Origin: an uncultured virus (IMG/VR IMGVR_UViG_3300021964_000020)
Taxonomy: Duplodnaviria > Heunggongvirae > Uroviricota > Caudoviricetes
Reading direction: 5' to 3' (one strand)
IMG/VR virus record: IMGVR_UViG_3300021964_000020
DNA length: 64,000 nucleotides
Positions 60,427 to 64,000 of the stretch are shown in pieces. Both the position numbers and the translations under genes were made by a program. Position 1 is the first letter of the stretch. Every line of letters begins with the position of its first letter. The notes under the pieces are model-generated. The model saw only the letters and a list, made by a program, of their open reading frames with translations. It ran no database searches and had not been told where the DNA came from.

Positions 60427-61692
60427 TTATTGATTACTTACTGAGGTTGAAATGACTCCAAAGGAATTAGAACCGCTTATTGTTAATATTGATGTTATAG
60501 TGTATGTATATGTCCCCGTTGGAACCGTAAGTGTTGATGGTAGACTTGTTGAACTCTGATTACCTGAAACTGTCTGCGTCGATATACTACCAACACCATT
60601 TACCGAAATGGATCCATACCCTATATTGTCAAAACCCGTTTGATGGGTTACGGTAATATATAGGTTAGCAGGACCGTTAGTAACTGTCAACGTTCCCGTG
60701 GTTGTTCCTGTAGATGGATTATCGCCGGGAAGTACCTCACTATGATTCATTGAACTACCATTACTCCATGAAAGAGTCGTAGTTGTTGTAGAAGGTGTGG
60801 GGGTTAACACTACAGTAGATGATGGGGTGGGGGTTGGTGTGAGGACTGTTGTTGATGACGGGGTTGGTGTTGGGGTATTACCACTTCCAGCATTACCACC
60901 TATTTCATAAAATTTAATTGGATCGGAACTCTCTCCTCTTCTATTACCCCTTACAGTTCCCGTACTATCATAATCCCTAACTTCATAGTGATATGTTGGG
61001 GCATCATCCCTATTCATCTCTACTAAGAAATACATATCGTCTTCTTCGACGAATGTAGTTGAATCCGATACTTGTTTATTCGCAAATTGTATTTTACTAC
61101 CATCAACCGCATTATAGAACTTAGCGGTCATATAAAAAGTGGTCCCTGTTAGTGTAGTTTCTTCCAATACGGTGTCGTCATGAAACCAAAAAAGATACAT
61201 ATTCTCTTTGTTTCTAATACTCGACCCCACAAAAACGGGCACATACAGTTTTTCTAATTTTCCCGTTATCAAAACCCTCTCCCCAACAGGAGCAGATAAG
61301 TTCTTTGCAAAAACTAACCTCCTATTCGACCTGTTTGGTGGTTCGTTGTTTGGTGTTTTATAAAATTCTAACCTGAAGAAACTATTCTTTAAATCAGAAA
61401 GCAACTTATTTGTTTGGGATATACCAACAGATTTATAGTCTAAAGTGTAGTTTCCCGATTCATTAATAAAATAAAAATGGAACCATATATCTGTTTGGTC
61501 GATACCGTTAGATGATACATATGGTTTATGTATGTACCTATTAGTTTCATAGTTCTCAATAGGATTTATAATTGATTCTAATATTTCATCTTCGTAAACT
61601 TGGAAACTTTCCTCCCAACCCAAATCAGTTCTAAATGTCTGATTGTTATTTAGTATTAGATTGTTTCCCTCCGAATTAAACCTTAATTTCAT
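60427..61692 (-). CDS. Putative structural protein with PT linker and C-terminal beta domain
   Basis: 421 aa; TPTPTPSS linker; Thr/Ser-rich tail. Confidence 0.7.
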   Translation of the reverse strand: MKLRFNSEGNNLILNNNQTFRTDLGWEESFQVYEDEILESIINPIENYETNRYIHKPYVSSNGIDQTDIWFHFYFINESGNYTLDYKSVGISQTNKLLSDLKNSFFRLEFYKTPNNEPPNRSNRRLVFAKNLSAPVGERVLITGKLEKLYVPVFVGSSIRNKENMYLFWFHDDTVLEETTLTGTTFYMTAKFYNAVDGSKIQFANKQVSDSTTFVEEDDMYFLVEMNRDDAPTYHYEVRDYDSTGTVRGNRRGESSDPIKFYEIGGNAGSGNTPTPTPSSTTVLTPTPTPSSTVVLTPTPSTTTTTLSWSNGSSMNHSEVLPGDNPSTGTTTGTLTVTNGPANLYITVTHQTGFDNIGYGSISVNGVGSISTQTVSGNQSSTSLPSTLTVPTGTYTYTITSILTISGSNSFGVISTSVSNQ

Positions 61693-63438
61693 TTAACATA
61701 TAGAATCATTTTCTTCTGTGAAATTTTTGATACCGTCAGTTTTGTTCATGAAGGTTTCTTCATTTCTTAAATAGAAGTTTATGTCATTCTTGACGTAGTG
61801 TTGTCCGTTCGTAAAAGGATGGTTAGTCCCGTAACCATCGGGATCTATGTAACCATGGTCGTATAAATCTCTCCATTTCCATAAACCAATACTTTCATCG
61901 TATATGGTGTTTTCAGGTAGGTTCAATATATCATCAGTATCTGATGTTTCAATGTATGGTGACAACTCCCTTAACTTAACTCTATGGTGTGGTTGATAAA
62001 ACAAACCTTTAGGGTTTGTAGTTTTTGACCCATCATTTGGGCTAATTTGATCATGATCAAATATGATGGGGTTCATTGTGAATTTATGTAGTGATTCCGA
62101 AAGAATTGTTTCTTTAAAATCAGATTTATTATATTCCACAAACGCACCGACCATAGTGTCATCAACTTGAAGTCCTGTGCCCTGAGTAAATGTTACCCCA
62201 TTGTTTTGGAATGTTGTTGATGGTAGTCCCGTATTTGAAGATGTGAATGAGGTGTCAAATTGGTCATCCACCCAAGTATTATGAAAATTAAACTTCCACC
62301 CTAATCTTGGTGGGTAATTAAAATATCCATTACCATTTTTAAGAACCGTTGTTACATATAAATCAGTTACGGTATACCCTAAATTATTTATTAATCCTGT
62401 AATATCCACTTCATCCTTAAAATGATAGAGAACGGTTTCGGGTCTGTTTTGGACCGTATAAATATTATTTCTATTATCTGCGGTTTCGAATTGTAACTTC
62501 CTTTCTATCTCAAAGATAGGTGTTTCAAAACCCGTTCTATCAACGATACACCCATCTGAATCAGTTAATATTTTATGTTTGTGGACATAATATTGTGAGG
62601 TGGTTTCCGATATATTTTCTTTGTCTAAACACCTTTTACCAAAAACAACCCCATTAATGGATTGTGACGATGTAAAGGATGATTTTTGTACGTTTATTAC
62701 ATATTTTTCGGAATCATATATTTCATTCCCAACGGAAGAGATAGGAAAAATCCTACTCGATTCATTCCCACTGTTAATACTTGTTCCTGATAATACCACA
62801 TATTCGCCCTGAGACATATTATGTGGGATAGGACTTACCAATTCATAATGGTTGGAATAGTCATTAACCCTAAATGGTACCCCATTTGACGATGTAAAAT
62901 CATATACTGTTGATCCCGATAACGTATATCTCATTGGGTAATTATCGTCTTGATCATACACATATGACAAGTGGAAATTCCAATTTGTTGAGGCTATATC
63001 TATCTCATTTATTCCCCTGTGTGATGTATCACCCGCAATCGTTATGTTTGGGTTATAGTCCCCTACGGTAGATCCTGTTGGATTACTCACCTCTCTCAGA
63101 TAATCATTTCTTATGAACGCAAATTCGTTGTAGGGTAAGTACCCGGTAAAGTCACCATCAAGTCCATCCCCAATAACATATAGGTTATTTTTTAATGGGT
63201 CATATGTTGTAGTACCACTGTACGTATTTCTAAAAACCATGTTAGTTTTACCATAAATCCTATACTTTGTACTTTGGTTTCTTTCTTTTCTATACAACTC
63301 GGCAATGTCAAGTATAATAGTTCTATCACCTTCCCTTAATAATTCCTCGTCTCTTTCAAACCCAACTCTAACCTGTAAATCCTCAGACTCCGATTTAGCG
63401 TGTCTTTTTTCAGGATGTAAAATCTTCTTATTTATCAT
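61693..63438 (-). CDS. Putative virion structural protein
   Basis: 581-aa ORF coupled to both neighbours in the structural block. Confidence 0.7.
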   Translation of the reverse strand: MINKKILHPEKRHAKSESEDLQVRVGFERDEELLREGDRTIILDIAELYRKERNQSTKYRIYGKTNMVFRNTYSGTTTYDPLKNNLYVIGDGLDGDFTGYLPYNEFAFIRNDYLREVSNPTGSTVGDYNPNITIAGDTSHRGINEIDIASTNWNFHLSYVYDQDDNYPMRYTLSGSTVYDFTSSNGVPFRVNDYSNHYELVSPIPHNMSQGEYVVLSGTSINSGNESSRIFPISSVGNEIYDSEKYVINVQKSSFTSSQSINGVVFGKRCLDKENISETTSQYYVHKHKILTDSDGCIVDRTGFETPIFEIERKLQFETADNRNNIYTVQNRPETVLYHFKDEVDITGLINNLGYTVTDLYVTTVLKNGNGYFNYPPRLGWKFNFHNTWVDDQFDTSFTSSNTGLPSTTFQNNGVTFTQGTGLQVDDTMVGAFVEYNKSDFKETILSESLHKFTMNPIIFDHDQISPNDGSKTTNPKGLFYQPHHRVKLRELSPYIETSDTDDILNLPENTIYDESIGLWKWRDLYDHGYIDPDGYGTNHPFTNGQHYVKNDINFYLRNEETFMNKTDGIKNFTEENDSIC

Positions 63439-64000
63439 AATGGACCAAAGTTTTTAACGAATTTATTCCAAGATGATTTACCTGTTCTCAAACCAAAATA
63501 GAAGAAGAATGGTCCCCCAATTGGGATTTCAGTTGCCGAGTAATTATCGTCGTCACAATCTCTAAGTGGTGGTAAAATACTCCCATCATAATAATGACTA
63601 TTTATGTTATCGGTTGGGTCGCCCCCCGCATCGCCATATGGGTCGTTCTCCATTAATCCCGAATAAACCCAACCTCCTTGGTATTTGGTGGTATGTATCG
63701 TTCCTAAACTCCACTCTTGTTTTTCGGAATTACCACCGTTGGACCCGAATCCGTCACCTCTTTTGTTCCATTTATAATAGGGAACTTCTTGGGCGGTCTC
63801 TGTAAGGTTACCCGCGGCATTTATACATAACCTAAGTAGTGTTCCGTCTTTTTCAACAATTTCAGTATCTTCATCATCTTCCGAAAATACGAAGTCAATA
63901 CCCACAGGACCGTACCCATCGTATAGTGTCTGTCCTGACACATAATATGGACTCTCATCGTCTTCGTCATTATACCCATATATCCCTACCTGAGAATTAA
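63435..64000 (-). CDS. Partial structural protein (3' end; begins beyond the window)
   Basis: Frame stays open from 63941 to the window edge; ends FFFYFGLRTGKS...FVKNF. Confidence 0.7.
   Translation of the reverse strand, partial: NSQVGIYGYNDEDDESPYYVSGQTLYDGYGPVGIDFVFSEDDEDTEIVEKDGTLLRLCINAAGNLTETAQEVPYYKWNKRGDGFGSNGGNSEKQEWSLGTIHTTKYQGGWVYSGLMENDPYGDAGGDPTDNINSHYYDGSILPPLRDCDDDNYSATEIPIGGPFFFYFGLRTGKSSWNKFVKNFGPL

Noticed and set aside
1..64000. Stop-codon reassignment, tRNA/rRNA genes, integrase or transposase
   Set aside because: Genes tile densely in code 11 with TAA, TAG and TGA all used as stops; no cloverleaf, rRNA-like or recombinase sequence was recognised by eye

Overview
A 64-kb, AT-rich, densely coding segment of a large tailed (jumbo/myo-type) phage genome in the standard genetic code, almost entirely on the minus strand. 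The host is probably Bacteroidota (Flavobacteriia), inferred from a Bacteroidota-type ClpP N-terminus, a short RpoD-type sigma factor, an Hc1-like protein, SprB repeats and a TTTG-N19-TAnnTTTG promoter. There are three blocks. (1) 1-15 kb: a tail-fibre/receptor-binding cassette, including a 3025-aa fibre with an S74 chaperone and LamG-type proteins. (2) 15-36.7 kb: redox, transcription, replication and recombination genes (glutaredoxin, thioredoxin, AAA ATPase, NusG, adenine methyltransferase, sigma-70, ClpP, SbcC/SbcD, two cytidylyltransferases, exonuclease, primase, RuvC), plus putative head-internal and lysis-type genes. (3) 36.7-64 kb: baseplate/structural genes with many Pro/Thr-linker proteins. 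The most notable signal is a candidate cellulosome-like, branched virion appendage: a 2652-aa baseplate-type protein carries 16 copies of a one-cysteine CDFGVDxxI strand on mucin-like linkers, next to accessory proteins with paralogous Cys-bearing N-terminal domains and shuffled adhesin modules (cadherin, SprB, vWA, Cys-rich). Other notable signals are a start-less 92-codon frame reachable only by -1 slippage at an A10 run, three UA(U/A)AUA-loop hairpins in the tail-fibre leader, a degenerate Hint domain, a clamp-binding motif on the methyltransferase, a candidate ~80-nt small RNA and two promoter classes. All function calls come from motif recognition by eye; no searches were run.
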